From NCBI GenBank assembly GCA_964493205.1, contig CAZBMJ010000008.1, forward strand, positions 1,941 through 65,940: a stretch of 64,000 nucleotides of DNA, read 5' to 3'. Shown here one piece after another: positions 27,658 to 37,458 of the stretch; the first letter of the stretch is position 1, and each line of letters starts with the position of its first letter. The DNA is from an uncultured Myxococcales bacterium. GTDB taxonomy: Bacteria > Myxococcota > UBA727 > JABDBI01. Below the pieces are notes generated by a model. It ran no database searches and had not been told where the DNA came from. It saw nothing but the letters and a program-made list of their open reading frames with translations. Made by a program: the position numbers and the translations under genes.

Positions 27658-28067
27658 AAAATCTTATTGACACAAGATTAAAACAAAATATTATTTTAGA
27701 TGAAATTACCAATAATTATGGCAGTTTTATAAAAATAGATCCAAGTGATTTATATTTAATAGTACTATTTTTAAAAAGAGATCCCGACACAAGACTATCT
27801 ATTTTAGAACAAATTATAGATCTTGAACCAGGATTTTTTTGTTGGCCTAATTTGGGTATTACAGAAAGTCTAGAACTAATTTATCAATTTAAAAGCCTTA
27901 AAATGCCTTATAAGATAAGCGTTAGCATTGAAATAAATAATCAAAACCCTTTTGTTCCATGTATTAAGCAAATTTATAAAGCTGCAAGCTTCTTTCAAGA
28001 TGATTTAAGCAAAAAATATAATCTAGAATTTGAAGAGCCTTCCAATTTAAAATCATTAGGGATTTAA
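27642..28067 (+). CDS. highly diverged NuoC-like protein (30-kDa subunit fold)
   Basis: LELIYQFKSLKMPYKISVSIEINNQNPFVPCIKQIYKAASFFQDDLSKKYNLEFEE parallels the NuoC core (f.vvY.L.S...... i.v.v......vPSv..iw..A.w.ERE..DmfGi.F.gHP). The ERE motif is replaced by QDD. Confidence 0.5.
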   Translation: MFKGIKNLIDTRLKQNIILDEITNNYGSFIKIDPSDLYLIVLFLKRDPDTRLSILEQIIDLEPGFFCWPNLGITESLELIYQFKSLKMPYKISVSIEINNQNPFVPCIKQIYKAASFFQDDLSKKYNLEFEEPSNLKSLGI

Positions 28068-29033
28068 ACTCTCAATAATACTTTTAATATAATCTTTACC
28101 TAAACTTTTTTCGTAAAAATTAAGCAGTTTATTAATAAATAAAATTTCTTTATTTATAATATCCTTAATTTCTCTTATAGAACCACTATTAATAATTGTT
28201 TTTTTTAAGAATTCTATTTCTTCTACAAGTAAATTCTCTTTTAAAAATGCCTGCTTTAAAATATTGTAATTATCTAAACTTTTTTGAGCAGTTATGAGTA
28301 TAGGTAAGGAAAGATCATGATTTTTTAAATCATTACAATAAACTTTATTATTATTATCTTTATTAAAATCTTTAATATCATCAAGCATTTGAAAGATTAA
28401 GCCTACATGGTTAGATAGCTTTACAAGCCTACTTATATCTTCTTTATTGCCCAATAAAAAAGCTACGCTAAAACCACACCAAGAAAAAAGTGCTGCAGTT
28501 TTTTTTAAGGCTATCTCTTGCCAAGAATTATTACTTATATCTAGTTTACCTCTAGCATCTATTTCCATCATACAAGCTATAGACATATCTTTAAGCACTA
28601 AAATAGCTCTATTTATTATTTGTTGATCCAAGCTTGCAAGTAGATCAAAAGCAAGAGTAAGCAAGTAATTTCCAGTAAGTATAGAAATACTATTGCCATA
28701 GACTATATTAGCGCTTTTTTTGCCTCGTCTTTTGTCAGCATTATCTACCACATCATCGTGTAATAAACTTGCACAATGAATTAGTTCACAAGAAGCAGCG
28801 ATCTTAACTACTCTTTCATCAATAGTACTAGTAAATAAAGATTGATAAGCAAAACATACTAAAGGACGAATTCTCTTAGCTTCTCCTTCTAAACTTACAT
28901 AATGCCCTACTTCCTTAAGCTTTTTTTCTGCAGCAGATAAAAAATCTCTTGGACAACTATCAGAAAGTTTTTTTGCAATAAGCTGGTTAGTTTTATTTAA
29001 AAATTCTTCTTGGATCAGCACTAAAAGCTCCAA
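28056..29033 (-). CDS. long-chain polyprenyl diphosphate synthase (IspB/HepT-like)
   Basis: First aspartate-rich motif LLHDDVVDNADKRRG and second motif FQMLDDIKDF. Confidence 0.88.
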   Translation of the reverse strand: MELLVLIQEEFLNKTNQLIAKKLSDSCPRDFLSAAEKKLKEVGHYVSLEGEAKRIRPLVCFAYQSLFTSTIDERVVKIAASCELIHCASLLHDDVVDNADKRRGKKSANIVYGNSISILTGNYLLTLAFDLLASLDQQIINRAILVLKDMSIACMMEIDARGKLDISNNSWQEIALKKTAALFSWCGFSVAFLLGNKEDISRLVKLSNHVGLIFQMLDDIKDFNKDNNNKVYCNDLKNHDLSLPILITAQKSLDNYNILKQAFLKENLLVEEIEFLKKTIINSGSIREIKDIINKEILFINKLLNFYEKSLGKDYIKSIIESLNP

Positions 29034-29144
29034 ATAAAATATATGGTCTAAAATCTTACATAGTATTTTTTATAAAAAAATGGAATGAATTTAAAAATTT
29101 CTTTGCTTGCTCTTTAGAGATTTAAACCACAAAGAGGTAAATAT

Positions 29145-29903
29145 ATGCAGTTTAAAAAAATATCTTTAAGCGTATTGCTCTCATTAGTAGTAACATTAGG
29201 TGTAAATGCAGGCCACAATGAAGAACAAGGTCAAACTTGCAGTCAAGATCAAAGCCAAACAAAAACTATTAAAACCATAAAAAAAGTTAAAAAAGTAGCT
29301 CCACCCTCTTGTGATCAGGGCCAAGCGCAACCTCAAGCACAAGACTGCAGCTTAGCTCAAAGTCAAAGCCAACCGCAACAAGATTGTGGACAAGCTGCAC
29401 CAAAAGCCTGCAAAAAAGAAACAAAAATAGCCGAAACAGAAGAATCTTCAAGTAGCACTACTAGTGATTCAAGTTCTACTTCAGAAGATGATGGTAGCAC
29501 TGCAAAAAGTTTTTGTGGTCAAAGTTTCAGTGGGCACCTAAATCGTAAAGATTTTAAAAATGCTGATTGCAGCAACGCCCAATTTAGCCAAATTACTAAT
29601 CATAAGCATCATCTAATAAGAAATAGGATCGTTCGCTTTACTAATTGCAACCTTTCCAATGCTCACTTTCATGACACAAATGTAAGAATGCTAAGATTTA
29701 GAGGCATAGACTTAACTAACACACATTTTTCAAACACACAAATAGGGCATGGCAGTTGCTTTATTGGAGCTCAAGCTCAATATAATGGTCAAACCATTAC
29801 AATAACCAAGCCTCAAGCAAAAAAAATTGGCTATCATTTTGATGGGCATATTCAACAAAACACAAGCTTTGAACAAATGCTACAACAAGCAAATATTCAC
29901 TAG
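29145..29903 (+). CDS. secreted protein: Q/S-rich Cys-punctuated region plus pentapeptide-repeat-like C-terminal domain
   Basis: Signal peptide ...VTLGVNAG. Low-complexity CSQDQSQ...CDQGQAQPQAQDCSLAQSQSQPQQDC. Pentapeptide-like run FKNADCSNAQFSQ..., FTNCNLSNAHFHDTNV, RGIDLTNTHFSNTQI. Confidence 0.55.
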   Translation: MQFKKISLSVLLSLVVTLGVNAGHNEEQGQTCSQDQSQTKTIKTIKKVKKVAPPSCDQGQAQPQAQDCSLAQSQSQPQQDCGQAAPKACKKETKIAETEESSSSTTSDSSSTSEDDGSTAKSFCGQSFSGHLNRKDFKNADCSNAQFSQITNHKHHLIRNRIVRFTNCNLSNAHFHDTNVRMLRFRGIDLTNTHFSNTQIGHGSCFIGAQAQYNGQTITITKPQAKKIGYHFDGHIQQNTSFEQMLQQANIH

Positions 29904-29926
29904 TTTTTTTGATAAAGAGACAAAAA

Positions 29927-29958
29927 GGTTTCCAATTTTTAGTTGGAGGCCTTTTTTA
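29927..29958 (+). terminator. rho-independent terminator
   Basis: GGTTTCCAA-tttttag-TTGGAGGCC (9-bp stem including two G-U pairs) followed by TTTTTTATTT. Confidence 0.7.
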
Positions 29959-29985
29959 TTTAAATTCTTAGGATAAAATTTACCT

Positions 29986-30957
29986 ATGAAAGAATCTATT
30001 GCTTATGCTAATGCCAACATTGCTCTAGTAAAATACTGGGGTAAATCTAATAAAAATCTTAATATCCCCATAGTCCCATCTGTGTCTATGACTCTTAATA
30101 ATTTTGGCAGCACTACCAGTATTAAAAAAAATCATGAAGATAAATTAGTCCTAAATGGTCAGCATAAAAGTGATGATAGTTTTATAAGAGTAAAAAAATT
30201 TTTAGACTATATTAGAAAAACCTACTCTATAACAGATCACTTTTTAATAGAATCGAGCAATACTATACCCACAGCTGCCGGTTTAGCGTCTTCTTCTAGT
30301 GCCTATGCAAGCATAAGTTTAGCAATAAATAATTTACTAAGTTTAAATCTGGATCAAAAAAATTTATCTATTTTGGCACGAATAGGCAGTGCATCAGCTG
30401 CTAGAAGTATTACTGGTGAAATTAGCCTTCTTTATGGTGGCACTATTAAAAGTGAAGAGGCTTATTCAGAAACTATAACTAATCACCAATTTAGTGATCT
30501 AGTAGTTTTAATTGCTGTTTGTGATGAAGCAGCTAAAAAAATATCTTCCAGAGACGGCATGAACAATGCTTTTTCATCACCATTTTTCAATAAATTTGTA
30601 GAAGAAAGCCACACTGATTTTAAAGAAGCTCTAAGAGCTATTAAAACCGGCGATTTTATAACTTTGGCGCAAATCACTCAATATTCAACGCTAAAAATGC
30701 ATTCAGTTATGTGGACTTCAAATCCCTGTATTAATTACTGGCTACCTAAGAGTTTAGAAGTAGTTAAAAAAGTACAAGAAATACAAGAAGAATTAGGTTT
30801 TATATGCTTTTTTACCCTAGATGCTGGCCCTAATGTAAAAATATTTTGCCAAGAAAAAAATAGAGACCTTATTAAAAAAGAAATTCTTAAGGTTATTTCT
30901 GTGACAAATTTATTAGAAAGTACTATGGGTGGCAAAGGGTATGTCAAAAATTTATAA
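29986..30957 (+). CDS. mvaD: diphosphomevalonate decarboxylase
   Basis: NIALVKYWGK near the N-terminus and the GHMP motif PTAAGLASSSSAYA. Confidence 0.9.
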   Translation: MKESIAYANANIALVKYWGKSNKNLNIPIVPSVSMTLNNFGSTTSIKKNHEDKLVLNGQHKSDDSFIRVKKFLDYIRKTYSITDHFLIESSNTIPTAAGLASSSSAYASISLAINNLLSLNLDQKNLSILARIGSASAARSITGEISLLYGGTIKSEEAYSETITNHQFSDLVVLIAVCDEAAKKISSRDGMNNAFSSPFFNKFVEESHTDFKEALRAIKTGDFITLAQITQYSTLKMHSVMWTSNPCINYWLPKSLEVVKKVQEIQEELGFICFFTLDAGPNVKIFCQEKNRDLIKKEILKVISVTNLLESTMGGKGYVKNL

Positions 30958-31852
30958 AGCATGTGGCAAGGTAGTGCTCTTTGGCGAATATGGTGTATTA
31001 CTTGGTTATAAAGCGTATGTGGCAAGTATTAATAGATTTGCAACATGTAAATTTACTCCGGCCAATAAACTAAGTTTTACAGGCATACAAAATGGTCAAA
31101 AAATTGTTAACCAAGATTTATTTGAGGCGGTGCTAAAAGCTTGCCAAGATTTAAATATCAAAATTACTGCGGGGCACTACTTACTAGACACTGGTGATTT
31201 TTTTGATGAAAGAAGTCAAAATAAGCTTGGTCTAGGTTCTTCTTCGGCAGCGATAAGTGCTTTATGTAAAGCTATGACAAATAATAATTTAAAATTAAGT
31301 TTATTAGCCAATAGTTACTTTTGTAAGAATTTTGGATCAGGGCTAGATATTGTTGCCGCATGTAGCTCTGGTATTACTAGTTTTAAAAAAAATAAAAATT
31401 TAATAATAAAACCTATTGATAAAAGCTTAAGTAAAAAAATTTGGTCATCTTTAATTATTATATATACAAACAAACCACAAAGCACTAAAGATTTCGTCAA
31501 AAGCTTTTTATCAGTAAATAATACTATTATAAAAAACCTACTAAAAGAAAATGAAAAATTAGCCAACAACTTTTTTTCACAAGAATTTAATATAGATAAT
31601 TTTATAAGTATAATTAATAGAATTGATACTAATTTTATAAATTTATCAAAACTGTGCAAAATTAATATGATAAGCAAAGAACATTTGCAAATAGCTAGTA
31701 TTGCTCAAGATTTTTTAGGGGCTGCTAAAATAAGTGGCGCAGGTGGCGGTGATATAAGCATAGCTTGTGTTAAAAAACCTTATAGAAACGGGTTTATAAA
31801 AGCAATTAATAATGCTGGCTACTTATGCATTAATTTAAAAGCATATTACTAA
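30941..31852 (+). CDS. mvaK2: GHMP kinase, most likely phosphomevalonate kinase
   Basis: ACGKVVLFGEYGVL (GEY rather than the GEH of mevalonate kinase), GLGSSSAAISA, AKISGAGGGDISIAC. Overlaps the mvaD 3' end. Confidence 0.65.
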   Translation: MSKIYKACGKVVLFGEYGVLLGYKAYVASINRFATCKFTPANKLSFTGIQNGQKIVNQDLFEAVLKACQDLNIKITAGHYLLDTGDFFDERSQNKLGLGSSSAAISALCKAMTNNNLKLSLLANSYFCKNFGSGLDIVAACSSGITSFKKNKNLIIKPIDKSLSKKIWSSLIIIYTNKPQSTKDFVKSFLSVNNTIIKNLLKENEKLANNFFSQEFNIDNFISIINRIDTNFINLSKLCKINMISKEHLQIASIAQDFLGAAKISGAGGGDISIACVKKPYRNGFIKAINNAGYLCINLKAYY

Positions 31853-32000
31853 ACAAATACTTATATTAAAAATCTATTATTAGAAGTAAAATTTATAGAT
31901 CTCTTTTTTGCATTAGGAGCACTGTATTAATATATCCGCCCCAAGAATACATGTGGGGGCAATATGATTACCCTTACATTTCATGAAAAAGGGTGGGTAT

Positions 32001-32798
32001 ATGAAAAAACTATTAAATTTATTAGGTGCAACAGCTCTAATAAGCTTGTTCAGTGGCTGTGCGCCAGAATCAAGCGAACTATCACTTGATAGTGCTTCCG
32101 ATAATTACATAATGTATAACGGTAGGTATACAGAATATGGTCGTTGCAATGATGGTTGGGACAATAATGGTAACGGCTTAAGAGATGAAGAAGATCCCGA
32201 TTGTCACGTTCCTGGTCCATTGCGTGATTTAAGTATTGCTCCAGCAATAACTGGTGCTGCTGTAACTGCTGGACATAACTTCTTGCCTGATGTTTCTAAA
32301 ATTCCTTTTGGAGGTCCAGGATACCCAGGTGGTTTTAGAGATCCTCAACAAATAGCTAACTGGATTGGATTTTTAACCAATACTTATGGTTGGACTGCTG
32401 GCATTGTTCCTCAAGGATGGGGTGTTGATCCATTAAAAGTTCCAGTTCCAATGGACAGCTTTCCTAAACTTCGTTTAGGTACAGCTCATCAAGGTAATAA
32501 TGGTAACCTAGGCGATAATGGAATATCACCTTTCTATACTGGAGCAGTTGTTAATGATGCTATGGTTAACACTGTTAGAGAAATAGCTAGTGATAAGGTT
32601 AGTGATATGAGATCAGCAAGAGTAAACGACAAACTTAAAGCTATTCCTAATGTAGTTAATAACAATAGAGCTTTTGACTTACAAAATAGAGCTGTTGCTC
32701 CTGTGCTAAATGATCGTATTTATACAGCTCCTTATGGAAATAATACTGAAGGCTTCTATAATGGAGGAAGCCAAGGATTTAGCTTAGGTGTAAATTAA
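32001..32798 (+). CDS. lipoprotein with one myxobacterial-type Cys/Asp-rich metal-binding-like motif
   Basis: Lipobox LFSGC. CNDGWDNNGNGLRDEEDPDC resembles the C-x-D-G-x-D-N-D-x-D-G-x-x-D-E motif. Weak hairpin plus T-run downstream (about 32828..32856). Confidence 0.55.
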   Translation: MKKLLNLLGATALISLFSGCAPESSELSLDSASDNYIMYNGRYTEYGRCNDGWDNNGNGLRDEEDPDCHVPGPLRDLSIAPAITGAAVTAGHNFLPDVSKIPFGGPGYPGGFRDPQQIANWIGFLTNTYGWTAGIVPQGWGVDPLKVPVPMDSFPKLRLGTAHQGNNGNLGDNGISPFYTGAVVNDAMVNTVREIASDKVSDMRSARVNDKLKAIPNVVNNNRAFDLQNRAVAPVLNDRIYTAPYGNNTEGFYNGGSQGFSLGVN

Positions 32799-32943
32799 GT
32801 ATAAGTAGTAGATTTTTCATAAAGAGGAGGCCTCGTAGCAAGCGGGGCTTTTTTTATTTTAACCTATTTTATCCTTGGACTTGTGAGGCTATTTATTATT
32901 TGCTAAAGACCAATATAAGCATATTTTAAATGGGATTTAAAAA

Positions 32944-34104
32944 ATGAAACTTCATGAATACCAAGCAAAAGAACTCTTACGCAAAAGAGGAGTTCTAACA
33001 TTAGATAGTCAGGTGTGTTTCACCTTAGACGAAGCCTTACTAGCTGCTAAACACATTGGTTTACCTGTGGTAATTAAAGCTCAAGTTCATGCGGGCGGCA
33101 GAGGAAAAGCCGGTGGCATAAAACTTGCACGCACACAAGATGAGCTGACCTCTTATACTCAGCAGATTTTATCTATGACTATTAAAAATCAACAAACTAG
33201 CGAACAAGGTCAAAAAGTTTCTTGTGTTTTAATTGAAAAAGCAGCCCATATAAAAAAAGAACTCTACGTAGCTGTTTTATTAGATAGACAAGCAGAAAAA
33301 ATATGTTTAATTGCTTCTTCATGTGGTGGAATGGATATTGAGGAAGTAGCCCATAAAGATCCTCAAAGTATTAAAAAAGTTTTAATTGATCCCCTAATGG
33401 GCCTTATGCCCTACCAAGTAAGAAATTTAGCTATTGAATTAGATATTGATAAAAAACTACAATCAAAATTTGTATCCATAGTTATGCCTATGTATCGTTC
33501 TTTTATCGATATAGACGCTTCGTTGGTAGAAATAAACCCTCTTGGAATTACCAATGATGACAGAATAATTGCTGTGGATGCTAAAATTAGTATTGATGAT
33601 AATGCTATGTATCGACAAAAATTACTTGCAGAGATGCATGACCCAAGCCAAGAAGATGAAAAAGAAATTGAAGCTCAGCACCATCACTTAAGCTATGTAG
33701 CTTTAGAAGGTAACATTGGTTGTATGGTAAATGGCGCAGGATTAGCAATGGCCACTATGGATATTATTAAACATGTGGGAGGAAAACCCGCTAACTTCCT
33801 AGATGTTGGTGGAAGCGCTACACAAAGTGCAGTGGAAGAAGCCTTAAAAATTATTGTAAAAGATAAAAATGTTAAAGCTATTTTTGTTAATGTATTTGGC
33901 GGAATAGCTCATTGTGATGTGATTGCCAGCGGCGTGGTAAATGCGGCCAAGTCAATTAGCTTAAAACTTCCATTAGTAGTAAGGCTCCAAGGTACCAACG
34001 TAGAAAAGGGTAAGGCTATTCTTAAGGAATCTGGTTTAAGCATTATTACTGCTGATAATATGCTTGATGGCGCAAAATATGCTGTAGAAAAAGCTCGTAT
34101 ATAA
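32944..34104 (+). CDS. sucC: succinate--CoA ligase (ADP-forming) beta subunit
   Basis: [42 protein letters not shown]. Confidence 0.97.
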   Translation: MKLHEYQAKELLRKRGVLTLDSQVCFTLDEALLAAKHIGLPVVIKAQVHAGGRGKAGGIKLARTQDELTSYTQQILSMTIKNQQTSEQGQKVSCVLIEKAAHIKKELYVAVLLDRQAEKICLIASSCGGMDIEEVAHKDPQSIKKVLIDPLMGLMPYQVRNLAIELDIDKKLQSKFVSIVMPMYRSFIDIDASLVEINPLGITNDDRIIAVDAKISIDDNAMYRQKLLAEMHDPSQEDEKEIEAQHHHLSYVALEGNIGCMVNGAGLAMATMDIIKHVGGKPANFLDVGGSATQSAVEEALKIIVKDKNVKAIFVNVFGGIAHCDVIASGVVNAAKSISLKLPLVVRLQGTNVEKGKAILKESGLSIITADNMLDGAKYAVEKARI

Positions 34105-34115
34105 AAGGAATTAGT

Positions 34116-34991
34116 ATGTCTATATATATAAATAAAAATACCAAAGTTATCGTGCAAGGAATCACAGGTAAGGCTGGATCTTTTCATGCTGAACAAATGC
34201 TTGCTTATGGAACTAATATTGTTGCAGGTGTTACCCCTACTCGTGGGGGTGAAAAATTTCTTGATAGAATTATGGTGTATGACAGCGTAAAACAAGCAGT
34301 AAAACAAACTGGCGCTAATGCTTCGGTGATTTATGTACCCGCTCCTTTGGCCGCTGATGCTATTTTAGAAGCATGCGATGCTGGAATAGAACTAGTGATT
34401 TGCATAACAGAAGGCATTCCTACTCTGGATATGCTCAATGTTAAAGAAAGATTAAAAAAATATAATACTAGGCTTATTGGCCCAAACTGCCCCGGAATTA
34501 TAGCTCCGGATGTTTGTAAAATTGGTATTATGCCAGGCTTTATTCATAAAAAAGGTAACGTTGGTGTAGTTTCACGCTCGGGCACGCTCACCTATGAAGC
34601 TGTGTATCAACTCACCCAACTAGGTATTGGTCAATCAACTTGTATTGGAATTGGTGGTGACCCATTAATTGGCACATCTTTTATTGATGTACTTAAAGCT
34701 TTTAATGAAGATGCAGAAACAAAAGCCATTGTTTTAATTGGTGAAATTGGTGGCAATGAAGAAGAAAAGGCTGCAATTTTTGCTAAAGAGCATATTAAAA
34801 AACCTATTATTGGCTTTATTTCTGGGCAAAGCGCACCTTTAGGTAAACGTATGGGGCATGCTGGTGCCATTATTTCTGCAGGGCAAGGCTTAGCACAAGA
34901 CAAAATAGAAGCTTTTAAAAAGGCCGGAATTCACATAGCTTTAATACCTAGTGAAATTGGCTTAAAAGTTAAAGAAGCTTTGGCAGTTTAA
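34116..34991 (+). CDS. sucD: succinate--CoA ligase alpha subunit
   Basis: [21 protein letters not shown], phosphohistidine loop MGHAGAII. Confidence 0.97.
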   Translation: MSIYINKNTKVIVQGITGKAGSFHAEQMLAYGTNIVAGVTPTRGGEKFLDRIMVYDSVKQAVKQTGANASVIYVPAPLAADAILEACDAGIELVICITEGIPTLDMLNVKERLKKYNTRLIGPNCPGIIAPDVCKIGIMPGFIHKKGNVGVVSRSGTLTYEAVYQLTQLGIGQSTCIGIGGDPLIGTSFIDVLKAFNEDAETKAIVLIGEIGGNEEEKAAIFAKEHIKKPIIGFISGQSAPLGKRMGHAGAIISAGQGLAQDKIEAFKKAGIHIALIPSEIGLKVKEALAV

Positions 34992-35024
34992 TACTACCAA
35001 AGCTATTTATCATATAATAACTGA

Positions 35025-35717
35025 CTATTCTTCCAAAAGAATATTAACAGCATTACCATCCAGTTTTCTCACGTGTACTAGTACTTTATCTTTTGCAGCT
35101 CTTTGGTCAACTTTTGGTATTTCTACTACATAACTAAAAGGCACAGCTCTGCGATCACAAATTGTATGAAGTGGATTTTGCTTGATAATAGGCATAACGG
35201 ATAAAGTATCATTTTTATCATTGAATTCCATTATAACTTTATCAAATTCCATACAACTGCTTGGGTGAAACCCAGTTAGCAATACGCTAGTAGAATCTAC
35301 TTTTTCCACGCTAGTTATATTAGCATAGTTAAAATTATCTATTTTTGAGCTTCCAGGTTGCTCAATAGTAATTTTAGAATTAATAAAAGTATTTACTGAA
35401 ATGTCATGGGTTCCTGTTTTTAATACACCTAATTTAACAGGTAAAATAAAAGGGACTACAGCCATTATACAATTGCGATCATTTACTTTTGTAGCACTTA
35501 CCTCAATGGCAATTTTTTCTCCTACTATATCTGTTTTTGCTTTAGCACGCACATAACAAGTATTAGGAAGATAGCCAGTGAGAGTAACTTCTGAATCATC
35601 GTTACTATCAAATCCTTTTGGGATAAAAATATTATCTACATTAATTACTACTTCTTCACTTTCAGAAAAACAAAATAATGGAGTTAAAACTAAGCATAGC
35701 AAATAAATTTTTTTCAT
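35025..35717 (-). CDS. hypothetical secreted protein
   Basis: Signal peptide MKKIYLLCLVLTPLFCFS. Beta-rich composition. No family recognised. Confidence 0.5.
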   Translation of the reverse strand: MKKIYLLCLVLTPLFCFSESEEVVINVDNIFIPKGFDSNDDSEVTLTGYLPNTCYVRAKAKTDIVGEKIAIEVSATKVNDRNCIMAVVPFILPVKLGVLKTGTHDISVNTFINSKITIEQPGSSKIDNFNYANITSVEKVDSTSVLLTGFHPSSCMEFDKVIMEFNDKNDTLSVMPIIKQNPLHTICDRRAVPFSYVVEIPKVDQRAAKDKVLVHVRKLDGNAVNILLEE

Positions 35718-35802
35718 CTGATCCTCCCAAAAAGCCCCAAAAAATGAGTGCTTATTTATAATTTAGTGTTTTAATATAAATATACTGTTTTAATATTTTG
35801 AA

Positions 35803-37425
35803 TTAAGGCATAATAACTATTTTCCAATACTGACTATTATCTGATTGAAAAATATTAGTTTTAGCTGCAAAATTACCATTAGTGTCAGCATCTAAATAAC
35901 GTAAAGTTGATTTCTGCTGTATAGTATAAAAATCATTTTGATTAATTACTGGCTTGATAATCCATATTTGTGCAGAACTATTTTTATATTCTTTTGAAGA
36001 AACTATATAATTTGAAGAACTATTTTGACCTTCTAAATAACGTAAATTAGCTACTTGTTGTATTCGATATTCATCACCAGTAAGTTTTGTAATAATCCAT
36101 TTTTGTGTATCGTCACTTTCTTTAAGCTTAGTCATGGCTGAATAACTTGAACTGGTAAGAGCATCTAAATAACGATTGTCGAATTTTTGTTGCAAAAAAT
36201 AATAGGGAGCCGCATATTCTTTAGTAGGCAGCTCGCCTCCAAAAAGAGCTCGCCTGCCTTGATAGCTTTTATAAACTTTTGATGCACTGTGACCTATTTT
36301 TCCAACTATAAGAAGCCTATGATTATGTTCTCCAAATAAAGAAAGTGATTCATAATAATAAGTGCCTCGGGAAAGTCTATCTGGCCCCTGAAAATTACCT
36401 CCACACTTAATATCTAAATCTTCATTAGCGCCTTCTTCGCCATTACTTGTGCTATTATCAAGCTGTGAAAGTACATAGGTGATATTTTTATTTAAAAAAT
36501 TTTCTATATATTCTTGGGTAGTAATTTTGTTATAGCAAGATTGATAAGAGTTTTCTGAACACATATAATGATAAGAATCTAATGGCTTAAAATTAAAACC
36601 GTATTTAAACCTTTCATAAGCACAAGGCTCATTAGAACTACACTGACAGTCTGGGCCTGATAAGGAATTTAAAGAACTTTTAATACTACTAAACTCTCCT
36701 CTTTCAACATAAGGTGTAGTAGTGCGAATATAAGGATCGATAAAATCTGGAAATAACACATTGCTAAAATTTAGCCCAAAACTAGGATATTTACCACCCA
36801 AGGTATAAAGTCCAGCCCAACTTGGTCTTCTTTGATCTAGATATAAATAAGAACTAGGATTAGCTATTACATAGGAAACAGTAAGAGCATTAGGAAGTTC
36901 TTTTTCTATTTGCGTTCCTATGGCATAGCGCTGAGTAAATTGACCTCCTGCACTATGGCCGGTAATAATAATATTTTGTAAGTTAGGAAAAAATCCATTA
37001 AAAACTATATGGCGTATTAAATTATCCATAATATCAAAAGAACTTATTTGCATACCAAAATTAACAGAATTATCTCCTTGCTTCCAACCATCCGTATCCC
37101 AAAAAAGCTCATTGGATTCAATAAAATCACAGTTATCATCAGTGCAGTTAGAACTACCATCGTAATCATTTCCCTTAAACCAAGGGGATATAATTAAGGA
37201 GTTGGTATGTGAATTTGTTAGTTCTGCAGCATCAAGAATATAATTATAAATGGATTCAGCATTACGAGAATTGCCCTCAATAGCGATAACAAGTTTATTT
37301 ATGTTATAATTTTTTTCACTAATATCATAATTAGAAAAGTACTGTAACCTATCTTGTTCACTAAAATAGAGCCACTCACTATTTAAACAAAAAGAAAACA
37401 AAAAAATAACGTATAAAAATCTCAT
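35803..37425 (-). CDS. secreted alpha/beta-hydrolase (esterase/lipase-like) fused to a C-terminal ricin-B (beta-trefoil, CBM13-like) lectin domain
   Basis: Nucleophile elbow ITGHSAGGQF. Three Q-x-W subrepeats at about 40-aa spacing in the last ~135 aa (TQKWIITK, AQIWIIKP, SQYWKIVI), each preceded by an RYLD/RYLE strand. Confidence 0.75.
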   Translation of the reverse strand: MRFLYVIFLFSFCLNSEWLYFSEQDRLQYFSNYDISEKNYNINKLVIAIEGNSRNAESIYNYILDAAELTNSHTNSLIISPWFKGNDYDGSSNCTDDNCDFIESNELFWDTDGWKQGDNSVNFGMQISSFDIMDNLIRHIVFNGFFPNLQNIIITGHSAGGQFTQRYAIGTQIEKELPNALTVSYVIANPSSYLYLDQRRPSWAGLYTLGGKYPSFGLNFSNVLFPDFIDPYIRTTTPYVERGEFSSIKSSLNSLSGPDCQCSSNEPCAYERFKYGFNFKPLDSYHYMCSENSYQSCYNKITTQEYIENFLNKNITYVLSQLDNSTSNGEEGANEDLDIKCGGNFQGPDRLSRGTYYYESLSLFGEHNHRLLIVGKIGHSASKVYKSYQGRRALFGGELPTKEYAAPYYFLQQKFDNRYLDALTSSSYSAMTKLKESDDTQKWIITKLTGDEYRIQQVANLRYLEGQNSSSNYIVSSKEYKNSSAQIWIIKPVINQNDFYTIQQKSTLRYLDADTNGNFAAKTNIFQSDNSQYWKIVIMP

Positions 37426-37458
37426 AAAAACCCCATTATATTATGAGGCTATAATTTA

